A stretch of 64,000 nt of DNA from Carcharhinus longimanus. Taxonomy: Eukaryota. The stretch is taken from the NCBI GenBank assembly GCA_030264375.1, contig JASCQW010000043.1, positions 82,750,494-82,814,493 on the forward strand, written 5' to 3'. The notes under the pieces are model-generated. The model saw only the letters and a program-made list of their open reading frames with translations, was not told where the DNA came from and searched no databases. This document shows positions 52,392 to 64,000 of the stretch, one piece after another. A program made the translations under genes and the position numbers. The first letter of the stretch is position 1; each line of letters starts with the position of its first letter.

Positions 52392-53015
52392 TTCCTACCT
52401 GCCATTGACCCAGTCCTTTTACTAAGCTGCTATGTACTCCTGTTAATATTGACAGATACTGAATGTAAATGTGTGCCTGAGCTCACCAGCAAAAAGTTTT
52501 TTTTTTAGCAATAGTACAAAAAGGTAGCTCTGCCAATCTATTGACCAGCAACTAAACTGGAAAGCATTGTGGGGGCTGGTGTTATAAAGTCTTCATTATA
52601 CACTTGGCATCTTTATTGTCTCAACCTATGTTGTTTGCAGCAAGCTTTATTAGTCTTTCTTTTAAATTACTGTTTTGTCTCTTTTTGGGTCTAGTCCACA
52701 GTGAACAACACAACACATGGCTGTTTAGTTTTCTCATTTTATTACATTCATTATTAGTTGTAAACTATATTTTGCCTGTATAAACTTTCATTAAAACAAA
52801 TGTCATGATTTTAATGGCATTATCTTAAATCACTGCATTGTATTTATAATATTTGGAATTATACATTTGAGTCAGTTACATTAAAATTTAGGAGGGATGG
52901 CCCTTATTTGGGTTTCCCTTAAAAGTATGTGTAACTTTTATATATCAAACAAAATCATTTGTATCTGTTAAAAATTGAGTCATACAGTATTTTCAAACTA
53001 TTTTATACATGCCCT

Positions 53016-53021
53016 AATAAA
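53016..53021 (+). terminator. Proximal polyadenylation signal AATAAA (candidate)
   Basis: Canonical hexamer within the 3'UTR. Usage is unknown. Confidence 0.4.
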
Positions 53022-53273
53022 GAATTTACATGAAGAAATAATTTACTATTGAACATAGATTTTTAATTATTTTAGAAATTGTTTACATCATTGTATCTAA
53101 TTTGGTTTTAGTGATATTTGAGATATTATTTGTATATCAACCTGTCCTTCAATTAAAGCCTTGTATATGGTTTTCTGTGCATATTTATGAAGACTGCGAT
53201 CTTGTCACATTTAAATTTTGTCACGTGTGTATTTAAATGTTTGAAGTGCCTTAGATCCTTGCCATATTTTCAG

Positions 53274-53279
53274 AATAAA
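53274..53279 (+). terminator. Distal polyadenylation signal AATAAA
   Basis: cagAATAAAagctacg followed by tctgtgtttgcttt as a downstream element. Confidence 0.7.
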
Positions 53280-53749
53280 AGCTACGTTATGCTAATTCTG
53301 TGTTTGCTTTCATTATGAATGCCATCTTAAAATTCCAGAAATCTGTTTAAATATTGACCTCTTTTTTTGCCTGTTTTATGGACCAAAATGGAGGGCAGGA
53401 TTGGCAGCAAGTCCATGTTGATCAAAAACCCCAATCAGCTTTTCCTTCAGCTGCAATGATGGCAGCCTATCATGTAAATCTACCTCGATTTTTGCAATGC
53501 ACAAGATTGAATTTTCCGGCTCTAATGCCTACTTTCTATCTTCACTAATGCCTAGGTGAGGCAATATTGATTGCTGAGCATTAGAACTAACAACCAACGT
53601 TCAAGTATTGTGCATAAGTATAAATATGGGTTTGAAAATGGGTGAGGGTTAAAACCAATGAAATTAGCAGTGCATCCAAAAGCTGGTTCCAGCTTGTCAA
53701 CGGCTCCATTTCAGTGCAGCGCACGTTCACACAAAAGCTCTTGGGAAAG

Positions 53750-54240
53750 GTAGGAATCGTAGAATCATGCAGTGCAGAAGAGACTTTTCAGCCCATCGAG
53801 TCTGCAGCAATGTGTGAGAAACACCTGACCTCCCACCTGATTTCATTTACCAGCACTTGGCCTATAGCNNNNNNNNNNNNNNNNNNNNNNNNNNNNNNNN
53901 NNNNNNNNNNNNNNNNNNNNNNNNNNNNNNNNNNNNNNNNNNNNNNNNNNNNNNNNNNNNNNNNNNNNACCTCCCACCTGATTTCATTTACCAGCACTTG
54001 GCCTATAGCCCTGGATGTTATGATATGCCAAGTTCTCATCCAGATACTTTTTAAAGGATGTGAGCCAACCAGCCTCTCTGGCATGTATTCCAGACAGTCA
54101 CCACCTCCTGGGTTTAAAGAAAATTCCTCTTCGCAAGCTGCCTGCCCCCCGCCCCCCCGACCCGGCTAAATCTTTTACCCATCACATTGAACCAATGTTC
54201 CATCGTTCAACTAAGCTACTCCTTATTCACACTGTCCAAG
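53750..54240 (-). mobile_element. CR1 3' fragment spanning a gap
   Basis: Reverse tail gaatcgtagaatc...gcagaagagacttttcagcccatcgagtctgc. Confidence 0.75.
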
Positions 54241-54599
54241 GAAGCTAATTAATGTATTAATAGCTCTATTAGAATGATATTGACTTGATATTTCTACTTC
54301 AGCTGAGAGTCTGTGAGGCTTCCTGGACCTCCCCAGTGAAAGCAAGATGAGAACGTACGGCAATTAAGGGAGATGGATCTGCATAAGGGAATAAGCCAAA
54401 AAGTGCTCAATATTAGAAATTGCTTTTTTCCTGCTTATGGACAAATTACATGGTCTTTGTGCTTTTGCTCAGAGGTTATCTGACATGCTTTGGAGTTGTC
54501 ATCTACACTTGGAAGATTTAGAGGTGTGATCTCAGATCAGTGTAGATACCACTTACGCTTCTTTATATTGGACCTCAGCTGAGGGTACTATGACCAATA

Positions 54600-55750
54600 A
54601 TAGGTGTTGTTCACACCTAATGCCAAAGGAGCAGTTTGCAAAAGACTGTTTATGGTACACTGTCTACAGCCAGAAGATTCATTTCTTCAACATGGCTGAC
54701 TATCGGGATGACGTGAGGTTCCAGCTGGCATTTACAGCCTGCTAGAATTATTGCCAACTGGACCTGGTGGCCATACTTCAGCAGTGGCTTTCATGGTTCC
54801 TACTTCTCTCGATTTTTTTCCCTGAAGCTACTTCCAGTGCTGTCTGAGACACAGGATCTCTTGGCAGCTTGCAATGTTATACGATGGGTAACTATTGACT
54901 TATTTGCCAGGGCTGCCAAGTCAATTTCACTTGTTATCAGTTTGTTGTCTTGACTGCATCCTACATGTGAGGCAATTAAGGCACCTATAAATCATCCGAG
55001 TGTTTGTCATCTGCAAGAGCTTCTACTTGAATATGCATATTTGTTACAACCACACAACGTTCAGCAAGAAAAACAGGTCTGCACAAGATTCTACGGTGCC
55101 TTCCAATGATGCTTTTGTTCTCCAGCAGCCCATCTTCCTGATCTCGTTGCACCGTGACGCCTTTAATGACTTGATGCTTGAAGATGGGTTTATCAACTTA
55201 AAATGTGGCCAGTGTCCCAATAATGCTCAGAAGTTATGCAATGAATGCCATAAGACAACCACATCTGTCATTGAATAATCTATTAACATGCCAAAGATGC
55301 ACTTTAGGTGCCTGGACAGATCTTGGTGTACACTTCAGTACAGGGAAACCAGGATCCCCAGAATAGTCATGGTCTGTTTTGTCCTGGACAGCTTTGTCCA
55401 TCAGCAAGATTTGGACCTGCAGGAGCAAAAACGCACAGAGCCTTTTTTAGGAGGAGGCAGAAAAAGATGTGGGTACTGCACCACCAGTGTTGCACATTTC
55501 TGCCAGGGGTTCTCTCATTATTACTAAGTTCACTTATGATTTGGTGCCTAGTTGGAACCAAATCACTCTTACGAGCCAGCCACGCTTCCCAGTTAACAAT
55601 GAGCATTTACTGTAGATAGGTAGAATGATGAAAGGCCAAGAGCAGGATATCATTCATGTTCAGTGTGCAAGGATTTTCCAAGGCTGCATACTTCTGTACA
55701 ATTGCCACATTTGATGAGCCAAGCAGTTGGCTGCTCCATGGACAAAAACT
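54600..55750 (+). pseudogene. Decayed PIF/Harbinger (HARBI1-like DDE) transposase
   Basis: Broken frames give DC..HV.AIKAP, FV..K.F..LN, SNDAFVLQQ and NECHKTTTSVIE*SINMPKMHFRCLDRS..TLQY....PRIVMVCFVL, matching the HARBI1-type YN.AH..TR.VIE..IG.LK.RFRCLDRSGG.LQY motif. A second short fragment lies at 55630-55745. Confidence 0.85.
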
Positions 55751-55894
55751 CAACATTCCTCCCTCTCCCCTTCACTCAGTCTCAATAATTAAAAAGAGGA
55801 GTGGTGGATAAGGGATCTAGAAACAAGAGAAGCACCAGTGCCCGTGGTTTCTGTCCTGGGTCCAATGGCTCAGTTCTGCGCATACATTCATACA

Positions 55895-57480
55895 ATCATT
55901 AAAATTAGGAGTAAGGCCCTTGAACCTGCTCAGCTATTCGATGTTGGTCTAACTGTAACCTTAAGTCCACACTCTCATTGACCCACAATCTTTCATCCCT
56001 TTGCTATCAAGAATCCATCTATCGCTGCCTTAAAAATGTACAGAGACTCTGCTTCCACTACTTTTTGAGGAAGAGAGTTCCAAAGGCTCATTACCTTCTG
56101 AGAAAATATTCTCCCCATCTCCATCTTAAATGTGTGACTCACTATTTTTAATCAGTGACCCCTCCTTAGTTCTAAATTTTCCCATTAGAGGAAAAATCTT
56201 TTCTGCATCCATCCTGTCAAGATTCCTCAGTTATCTTATATGTTTCAATCAAGTCATTTACTCTTCTGAACTCCATATCCAACCTTTCCTCATAAGATCT
56301 TCCCATTCCAGGTATTAGTCTAGTAAATGTTCTTTCAACTGCTTCCAAAGATGGAAAACAATTAACTTAAATATGATCCCACTAATAATCTGTATAACTG
56401 AAGCAGCTAGGGAAGAAAAACAATGCATGAACTAGCTTATCAATCACTACTTTTAAGTCCATAAATCGAGCAAGACCTGAGGATCTGTCAACCCACAGCT
56501 ACAACAATTTTCTCAGTACCACTTCCCTGATGATTACAGTCATTCTCAAGTTCCTCTCTCCCTTCCAATTCCTAATTTACAGTTATTTCTGGGATGTTTC
56601 TTGTCCCCTCTATAGTGAAGAAAAATGCAAAATACCTGTTCAATTTATCTGCCATTTCCTTATTTCCTATTATTAATTCCCTAGACTCATTTTCTGTATG
56701 AGCAGCATCACTTTATTAACTGTTTAAAAAATTATCTATAGAAATTCTTATGATTTAGTATTTCAAGCCAGCTTTCTCTCATACTCTTAATATTTTTCAC
56801 CTTATTGATCTTTATTCATTCTTTGCTGTTCTTTATATTTTGTCTCATCTTCTGACCTGCACCCATTCTTAAACCATTATATACTTTTTCTTCAAGTTTA
56901 ATAAGATCTTTAGCATTTTCAGTAACCTTGGATGGCAACCATCCCTTTGATCCCTTCATCCAAGTCATTTCTATAAATTGTTGAGGTCCCGGCACTGATT
57001 ACTGTGGCACACCACTTTGTTACATCTTGCCAACCTGAAACAGACCCATTTATGCCTGTTGGCCAGTGAATCTTTTATCCATGACGATATGTTACCCCCC
57101 TACTATGAGCTATTATTTTCCATAATAACTTTTGATTTTGCAGTCTAGCAAATGTCTACTGGAAATCTAAGTACGTTACATCTACAGGTTCCCCTTTATC
57201 CAGAGCATATTACTTCATCAAAGATCTCCAATAAGTTGGTTAAACATAATGTCTCTTTCAAAAACCATGTTTATTCTGCCCAACTACATTGAACTTACAT
57301 CCTGCTATAGATTTTCAATAATAGGTTCTAACATTTTTCATTTGACAGATGTGAAGCTGTGGAGTTTCCTGCTTTCTGTCTCCCTCCCTGAATAATGGGA
57401 TCACATTTGTTAAGTTCTGACATAGCTTCCTGACAGCTTTTTGGAAAATTAAAACCAATGCATCACTATCTCACTAGACA
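55895..57480 (-). mobile_element. Decayed CR1 with internal deletions
   Basis: Reverse CR1 tail and RT motifs (gaggtcccggcactgattactgtggcacaccact is GVPQ.SVLGP on the minus strand). Confidence 0.85.
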
Positions 57481-57489
57481 CATTGTGTC

Positions 57490-58155
57490 TAACCCCATCC
57501 TCACCCCATCCTCATCCCATCCTCACCCCACCCTCAATGCTCCCCATCTTCATCCCATCCTCACCCCATCCTCACTGCTCCCCATCCTCATCCCATCCTC
57601 ACTGCTCCCCATCCTCACCCCATCTTCACACCATCCTCACTGCTCCCCATTCTCACCCCATCCTCACATCATCCTCATTGCTCCCCATTCTCACAGCTCC
57701 CCATCCTCACTGCTCCCCAACTTCTGCTTCTTGGCCTTAGCTGTTTCCCAGTCCTCACATGCCCCACCCATTCTGCTTTCTTCCCGTCACTGCTCTCCAT
57801 CTCTCGCCCTTCTCCATCCCTCGTCCCTCTCCATCCCTCGCCCCACTCCATCCCTCACCCCTCTCCATCCCTCGCTCCTCACTGCTCCCTGGCCTTCCTT
57901 GCCATTGCTGTTCTCTGGCCTTCACTGTTCCCTGACCCTTGCTGATACCTGACACACCCTGTCACCCAGCCCAAACCCCATCCCTTGACATTTACCAGCC
58001 CACTCTGCTTCCTAGCCCACCCTGCTCCTCAGCCCTCCCCAAACCCCAGCCCACCCTGCTCCCTGATCCCCAGTTCTTGCTGCTCTCGTTCACCCTGCTC
58101 TTCAGCTTTTGCTGTTATCAACATTCACTGTTTCCTGGTCCTCACTGCTCCCCTT
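57490..58155. repeat. C-rich degenerate minisatellite (ccccatcctca / ccccatcctcactgct units)
   Basis: Many 11- and 16-bp units that decay rightwards. Confidence 0.9.
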
Positions 58156-58284
58156 CCAGAGATATATACCAACTTGGAAATGTATAGTAATATGTATTTG
58201 CTGTCTTTCAGATGAGACACTATAGCAAGATCCTTCTGAACTGATCCTTCAGATAAACACAGCAGATCCTCTGACACTATGACA

Positions 58285-58465
58285 GTGTGGGTGCCGTGGC
58301 CAATATTTATCCTTCAATCAACACCATGGAAAGAGATTATCAGATCATTATCACATTGCTGTTCATGTGACCATCTGTGCACATTTACTGCCCGGTTTCT
58401 TACATTACTAAAAGGCCTCAGAAAGATTTCATTGTCTATAAATCACTTTGGGATATCCTGAAGTC
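58285..58465 (+). mobile_element. Deu-type SINE 3' part
   Basis: tggccaatatttatccttcaatcaaca...cattatcacattgctgtt...cactttgggatatcctga. Confidence 0.7.
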
Positions 58466-58619
58466 ACTATGCCTTACACTTTCCCACAATTTTCAATGGG
58501 GTTTTACTTCAGAACTTGTTGAGATTAAGAAATAATTTTGGCACGACCCACTCTCCTGCACCTTGCATGAACAAGGCAAACAACTGTATCTCTTTAGCCA
58601 ATTAGACCGAAGAATTCTT

Positions 58620-59124
58620 ATTGAGCAATGCAGAGTCTAAACCAGAAAGTATCTGTTAAGAATATTTAATTCAGCCCCGAACAATGACTTTGATTTTGCA
58701 GTTGGAATAATGTTGAGGCAATCCGTTCTCATTGATACTAAAGTGTAAATTGGACAGCAGTTTCTGTTATGTAAATCAGGAAGTCCATGGAATCATAAAA
58801 TGGTTACAGCACAGAAAAAGGCTATTCAGCCCATCATAGCTGTGCTAGCTCCACAAGAGCAACTCAGCTAATTCTACTCCCTGGCCCATTCCACGTAATC
58901 ATGCTACTTTTCTTCTCCAGAAGCATAACTAATTCCCTTATGAAAGTCATGACTGAATCAGCCACATTTCAGACAGTGCGTTCTAGGTACTAACCACTTG
59001 ATGGTTAAGAATGTTTTTACTCATATCACTGTTAGCTCTTTTGCCAAACCCTTTAAGCTGGTCTCCTCAAGTGCTGTCAGTGGGAACTGTTCTCTAAGAA
59101 CAACTTCAGCTTCTCCATCCACAT
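58620..59124 (-). repeat. Left arm of inverted duplication (CR1 3' end plus flank)
   Basis: Reverse complement of about 63029-63587. Confidence 0.92.
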
Positions 59125-60998
59125 CCCAGGGCCCAGGCACACGGAAGTCTGCTGGAGGCGAGGTTTCAGCTGGCCCCAAGCCAGATGATGGGCCTCAGGG
59201 TTAGTTTCTCCCAAAGCTGGTGGAGATGAGTCAGAAAACCCAGGGAGTGGTGGATGGGCAGTCAGCAACCATGCTGCAACTGCAAGGCTGTTTAGATTAG
59301 ACAGATAGAATGCTGTCGCAGGAGATGGTTCTGGCACAACGTGGTGTCCCGCAGTAGAAAGTCTGGGTCAGGGATCTGCCATATGGGTGACAGGTTCCAA
59401 GCCATCCCAAAGACTCAGCGGGCCATGGCAGAGACGGAGTGGGCCACAACTGAGAATATCATCGACATCCAGGAGGCACATCATTCTGTGCTGGAAGCGC
59501 TGGTGACCATGGCTGGGACATTCACTGGGATTCTGCAAAACACAGCAGGCCGTGGCTGTGAGCCTCAACAACTTAGCCCAGTCTCAGGGAATGAATGCTG
59601 GTGGGCTCCAGAGCTTGGCTCACTCACAGAGCGCTGTAGCAAAAGGGCTCCAGAGCTTGGCCAGTCTCAAGAGAGCCAGAGCTGAGGGAGCACAGCCCAT
59701 GGGGGAGATGCATGAGGGCCTCCAGGACTGGCACAGCCAGGTGATGCCGGAGCTGCTAGAGCTCAGTCCAGCTACTCTGGCATTCCATGGCGTGTCCCCG
59801 GCGCCTCAAGGCATCCCGAGGGAAGAGGATGGGCTACAGCCCATGCCGGGGCCTTCCTGGAGACTCAGGGCATCCTGAGACCTTCTGATCTCACACAGGG
59901 CATTTCAGGGCCAGCTGGGTGAACAGAATGGCACCAAAACATCAGTGTCATCCACAAGTTGGCCAGGACCTTCCTCGACCCTGAGGGGGATGGCCACCAA
60001 GGACATCACAAGCAATGGGGCATGGATCACAGCTGGACACCTCCACATGTGATGTGCATCCTGGGGGAGCACATAGATGAAACAGTAGGCAACACAAGAT
60101 TAGAAAGTTGTACGTTCGCTAAGAGTGCATGGGTGAAGGTCATCAGTAGTCAGGGTTAAGTTTTGGGAAATGTTAAGAGCAGGGAGAGCATGCAGGTTGG
60201 TGTGTGGGCATGGCCATTGCCATGAGTATAACTACAGCATTCCCTTCCAGGCATGTGTTGCAGGTCATAGACATGAGGCAGGGACAGACTCCTAATTATC
60301 ACAAGATAGGTTCTCACTCACTGTTGAGTACATGCAATATGAGTGTTTATGTTCACCAGAGCACCCCTGCTTTGGAGCAACAGCTGCATGAAATGATGGG
60401 CCCTCAAGCACTTCCCCTCCCTCCACCCCCAAATCCCCATCACTCAGTCAAGTCCCTCACCATACCCACAGCCAGAGCAATGGAACAACTCAATGGCTGC
60501 ACACAGCAGCCTGACCAGCACTCAGTAAAGGACCTCACCCCACCCCATAGAGACTACAAGGAACATCCCTGGGCCTGGGGACAACAGTTCCAGCTCTCCA
60601 GGAAGTGCCCCATAGCAAGCAGAAATTTTCCAGGCCCTGCCTCCAATCTCTGGGGGCTGCAGTCCCATAAAACCTCCTTACTTTTGTTCAACGCTGTCAT
60701 GCCAACTTTCCGCTTTAATACAGCATTTGTAACCCCTCCAGTGTGACGTCATGCCAGAGTGGGGAGGAGATACTAGTGGGGCAGAGATTCTAATTAGCAG
60801 ACCTGCTAATTGTATTTAAAGGTATGTAAACACATACAAATCTCATTTACACTTATTTTCAGTGTGGATTCCTCCACATCAAAACCTTAGGTTGGGAAAT
60901 GTGCTCAGGGTCAGAAGCCCAGCGCGAATCCTGTGAATTGGCTGGTGTTTGAATTCTCAGCTAAACAATTAGCGCAGTGGGGTGGGAGTATTTCCCCC
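59125..60998. mobile_element. GC-richer DNA-transposon remnant (probably Harbinger-related) inserted into the CR1 arm
   Basis: It splits a CR1 whose continuation resumes at about 61000. The right end gggagtatttccccc resembles the MITE TIR. Contains broken low-complexity ORFs. Confidence 0.6.
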
Positions 60999-61477
60999 AT
61001 AGTGTCCAGCTGGACACAATACTCTAGTTGAAGATGAACCATTATTTTATAACGATTCATTATAATCTTTTTGTTTTTGTAATCTATACCTCTGTTTGTA
61101 AAATGTTGGATCCCATCAGCTACTTCTTGTACAGGAAATGAAATTAAAATCAGGAGAAAAGAAATAGAACAATTTAAAAAAATTACATTTTTTATTTTTA
61201 AATTTCTTCAACAATAATTAAAATCTGAAGGAATGTATTTCCCTACTTCTTAAAGTTAATTTTCAGTGTCAGAGAGATTGTTCGGCTGTAATTAAGACCT
61301 AACATGCTGTTATAAATTTACTTGCACCAGAATAGACAAACTTTACATTCTGATGAGTTTGGTGAGTGTATGTCAGATAAGTAGAGCAACTTTATATTGT
61401 TCTATATGTTTCACATTTTGAGTTTGTCACTGATGTACTAGTGTAGCAAAGCTTCTGGAGAAGCAGCATAGAGTCAT

Positions 61478-61605
61478 GGGCTGGAGTTTTACCGCCCTGC
61501 CCACCACAGGAATTGGAGCGGGCAAGGGGCAGACAATGGGAAGATCCATTGACCTTGGGCGAAATTTTACAGTTTTGGGATGAATGAATCTGTAAAATCA
61601 TGCCC
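61478..61605. mobile_element. MITE with TIRs gggctggagttttac / gtaaaatcatgccc
   Basis: 128 bp with imperfect TIRs and AT on both sides, inserted in a CR1 tail. Confidence 0.8.
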
Positions 61606-62190
61606 ATAGAATTTTACGACACAGCAAGAAGCCACTTGAACCATCTTATGGTGCCAGCCATCAAGCACCTATCTATTATAATCCTATTTTCCAGCGCATG
61701 GTCCGTAGCCTTATACACTATGGTATTTCAAGTGCTTATCTAAATGGTTGTTAAATGTAGTGAGAGTTCCCGCCTCTACCACCCATTCAGGCAGTGAGTT
61801 CCAGGTTCTCACCACCGTCTCGATGAAACCATTTTTGCACAAATCCCCTCTAAATTTCCTGCATCTTACCTGAAATCTATGCTTCCTGGTTATTGATCCT
61901 TCTACTAAGAAAACAAGTTTCTTCCTATCTTCCCCAGCTATGTCCCTCAGAATTTTGTACACCTCAGTCAGGTGTGCCCTCAGCTTTTTTGTTGTAAGGA
62001 AAACAACCCCACCCTAACATGTCTGTCTTATATCTGAAATGCTCCAGCTTTGGCAGCATCCTAATGAATTTCCTCTGCGCGCTTTCTAGTGCAATCACAT
62101 CCATCCCATTGTGTGGCGAACAGAACTATGCACAATACTCTAGCTGTAGCCTAATGAGCATTTTAAACAGCTCCATCATAACCTCCCTGA
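61606..62190 (-). mobile_element. CR1 3' fragment
   Basis: Minus-strand YKILRDI...F..TVVRTWNSLPEWVVEAGTLTTF..HLDKHL. Confidence 0.9.
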
Positions 62191-62194
62191 CCTT

Positions 62195-63380
62195 CAGACA
62201 AGTCGGACATCAAAAATTGTAAATGTTACACCCTTGTTCCAAAAAGGGACGGTTAGTTTAAATTTGGTGGCAGGAAAGCTTTTAAAAATTATAATCTGGA
62301 CCAAGATTAATCATTTCTTGGATAAGTCTGGGTCAATCATGGGAAGACAGTGTGAATTATTAAATCATGTTCGGCTAACTTCACTTGAGTTTCATGTACT
62401 TCCAAAAGGCCTTTGATAAAACATGCCACACAATGGGTTTGCCAGCAAAGTTGAAGCTCATGAAATAAAGGGGACATGGACAGCATGGATATTAAGTTGG
62501 CTGAGTGACAGAAAATAAAGTCACAGGGAGTGGTTGTGTTTTGGGATGGGCCACTGCTTTTTTTGGTCCAATGCACAATTTCAAAATTTGCAGGTGACAT
62601 AAAGCTTAGAAGTATTGTGAAGTGTGAAGATAGTCAAAGACTTCTGGAAGACATAGATGGAATAGGCAGATGAAATTTAATGTAGTGATTTAGTTTAGGA
62701 GAAAGAATGAGGGAAGGCAACAAAAAGTCAAGGGTACAGTTGTAAAGTGGGTGTAAGAATGGAAATACCTGTGAATATATGTGCACAAATTATTAAAGTG
62801 GTGGGGCGGGTTGAGAAAATAACATATGAGATACTGCATTTTACAAACAGAGGTGTAGATTACAAAAGCAAAAAAAGGTTATAATGAATCTTTATAAAAC
62901 AATTGTTCAGCCTCAACTGGAGTATTATGTTCAATTCTGGACACCACACCTTTAGAAGGATGTGAACATTTTAAGGAGGCTGCAGCAAAGATTTGCAAGA
63001 ATGGTTCCAGGGATGAGGGACTTTAAATATGTGGCTGGAGAAGCTGGAATTGTTCTGAAAGAATAAGTACAGTTCCCACTAACAATGCAGTCAGACACTA
63101 AAGGAGACCAGCATAAAGTAATGGCAAATAAAACTAACAAGTGATATGAGTGAAAACATTTCTAACCATCAAATGGTTATTTTCTGGAACTCACTGTCTG
63201 AAAGTCTGGCAGATTCAGTCATGACTTTCATAAGGGAATTAGATAAGTTTCTGGAGAAGAAAAAGTTGCATGATTATATGGAATGGGCCAGGGAGTGGAA
63301 CTAGCTGAGTTGCTCTTGTGGAGCTAGCACAGCCATAATGGGCTGAATAGCCTTCTTCTGCACTGTAATCATTTTATGGT
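62195..63380 (+). mobile_element. Decayed CR1 RT plus 3' end (its 3' part is the right arm of the inverted duplication)
   Basis: NVTPLFQKG, FQKAFDK.PH, FA.D.KL and LVQPQLEY motifs, plus a CR1 tail. Confidence 0.9.
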
Positions 63381-64000
63381 TCCATGGACTTCCTGATTTA
63401 CATAGCAGAACTTGCTATCCGACTTACACTTTAGTGACAGTGAGAACTGATTGCCTCAACATTATTCCAACTGTAAAATCAAAGCCATTGTTTGGAGGGA
63501 GTTGAATTCTCTGATACTTCTTTGTGCAGTGTTAAACATTTAGCTGAAGTATTGCCTTCTGGTTTTAGATTGTGCCAGTTGCTCATTTGTATACTCAGCT
63601 CTGGAAAAAGTCGCTGGGATATAGAAACAATGTACAATAGGTGTGGGCTGTACAGAATCTGACAACTTAAAAGAGAATGAGATTTCCAAAAGTAGGTCAC
63701 AATATAAATCAACCCATAGACATTTGAAATCAGCGTTTTATACTTCAGTGGTTATAGATTCTAAAAAATATGTAATGTTGTTATTTATTTGTGAATATTT
63801 CACTGCAGGATATAAATCTAATCAATTAAAAGGCCTCTGAAACATGTTCTAAAACACTATGCAGTTTTCCTCTTATGAAGTGACGGAATGAATGCTCTGA
63901 ATTCCAGAATGCAACACAGAATAGGTGTAGACTGACACCTAGTGATATTTTCAGGTATTTATGTGAGCTCCACAAAATGTTAACTGATGATATAGAATCA

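Larger units (their letters stand above)
52392..53300 (+). other. KANK1: KANK1 3'UTR
   Basis: AT-rich and free of recognisable repeats after the stop. AATAAA at 53016 and 53274, the latter followed by a GT/T-rich tract. Confidence 0.75.

Noticed and set aside
53828-54009. Exact 41-bp direct repeat
   Set aside because: The copies sit on either side of a 100-N gap, so this is an unmerged contig overlap.
57458-57952. 164-aa Pro/Ser/Leu/His-rich ORF
   Set aside because: It is the translation of the C-rich minisatellite.
59341-60746. ORFs of 108-180 aa as a new gene
   Set aside because: They lie inside an insertion that interrupts a CR1, are frameshifted, and show no splice structure. This is a transposon remnant.

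Overview
Eukaryotic DNA, almost certainly a shark or other elasmobranch, judged from the HE1/V-SINE-type and Deu-type SINEs, dense CR1 LINEs and Penelope-like termini. It is a draft assembly with seven N-gaps. The window holds most of one gene, KANK1, on the + strand. Ten coding exons run from the 2679-nt KN-motif/coiled-coil exon (11715-14393) to the stop at 52391. All have GT-AG boundaries and phases that join into one frame of about 1336 aa, followed by a roughly 0.9-kb 3'UTR. The short first coding exon was not found and is probably upstream. The rest is intronic or intergenic: CR1/L2 LINE fragments, tRNA-derived SINEs, Penelope remnants, a decayed PIF/Harbinger transposase and related MITEs. 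I found no convincing new multi-gene system. The best leads are a U2-snRNA-headed repeat, a composite inverted duplication downstream of KANK1, a candidate internal promoter, a candidate poison exon, and miR-124/miR-31 sites between two poly(A) signals. Exon numbers follow human KANK1 from memory, and repeat boundaries are approximate.
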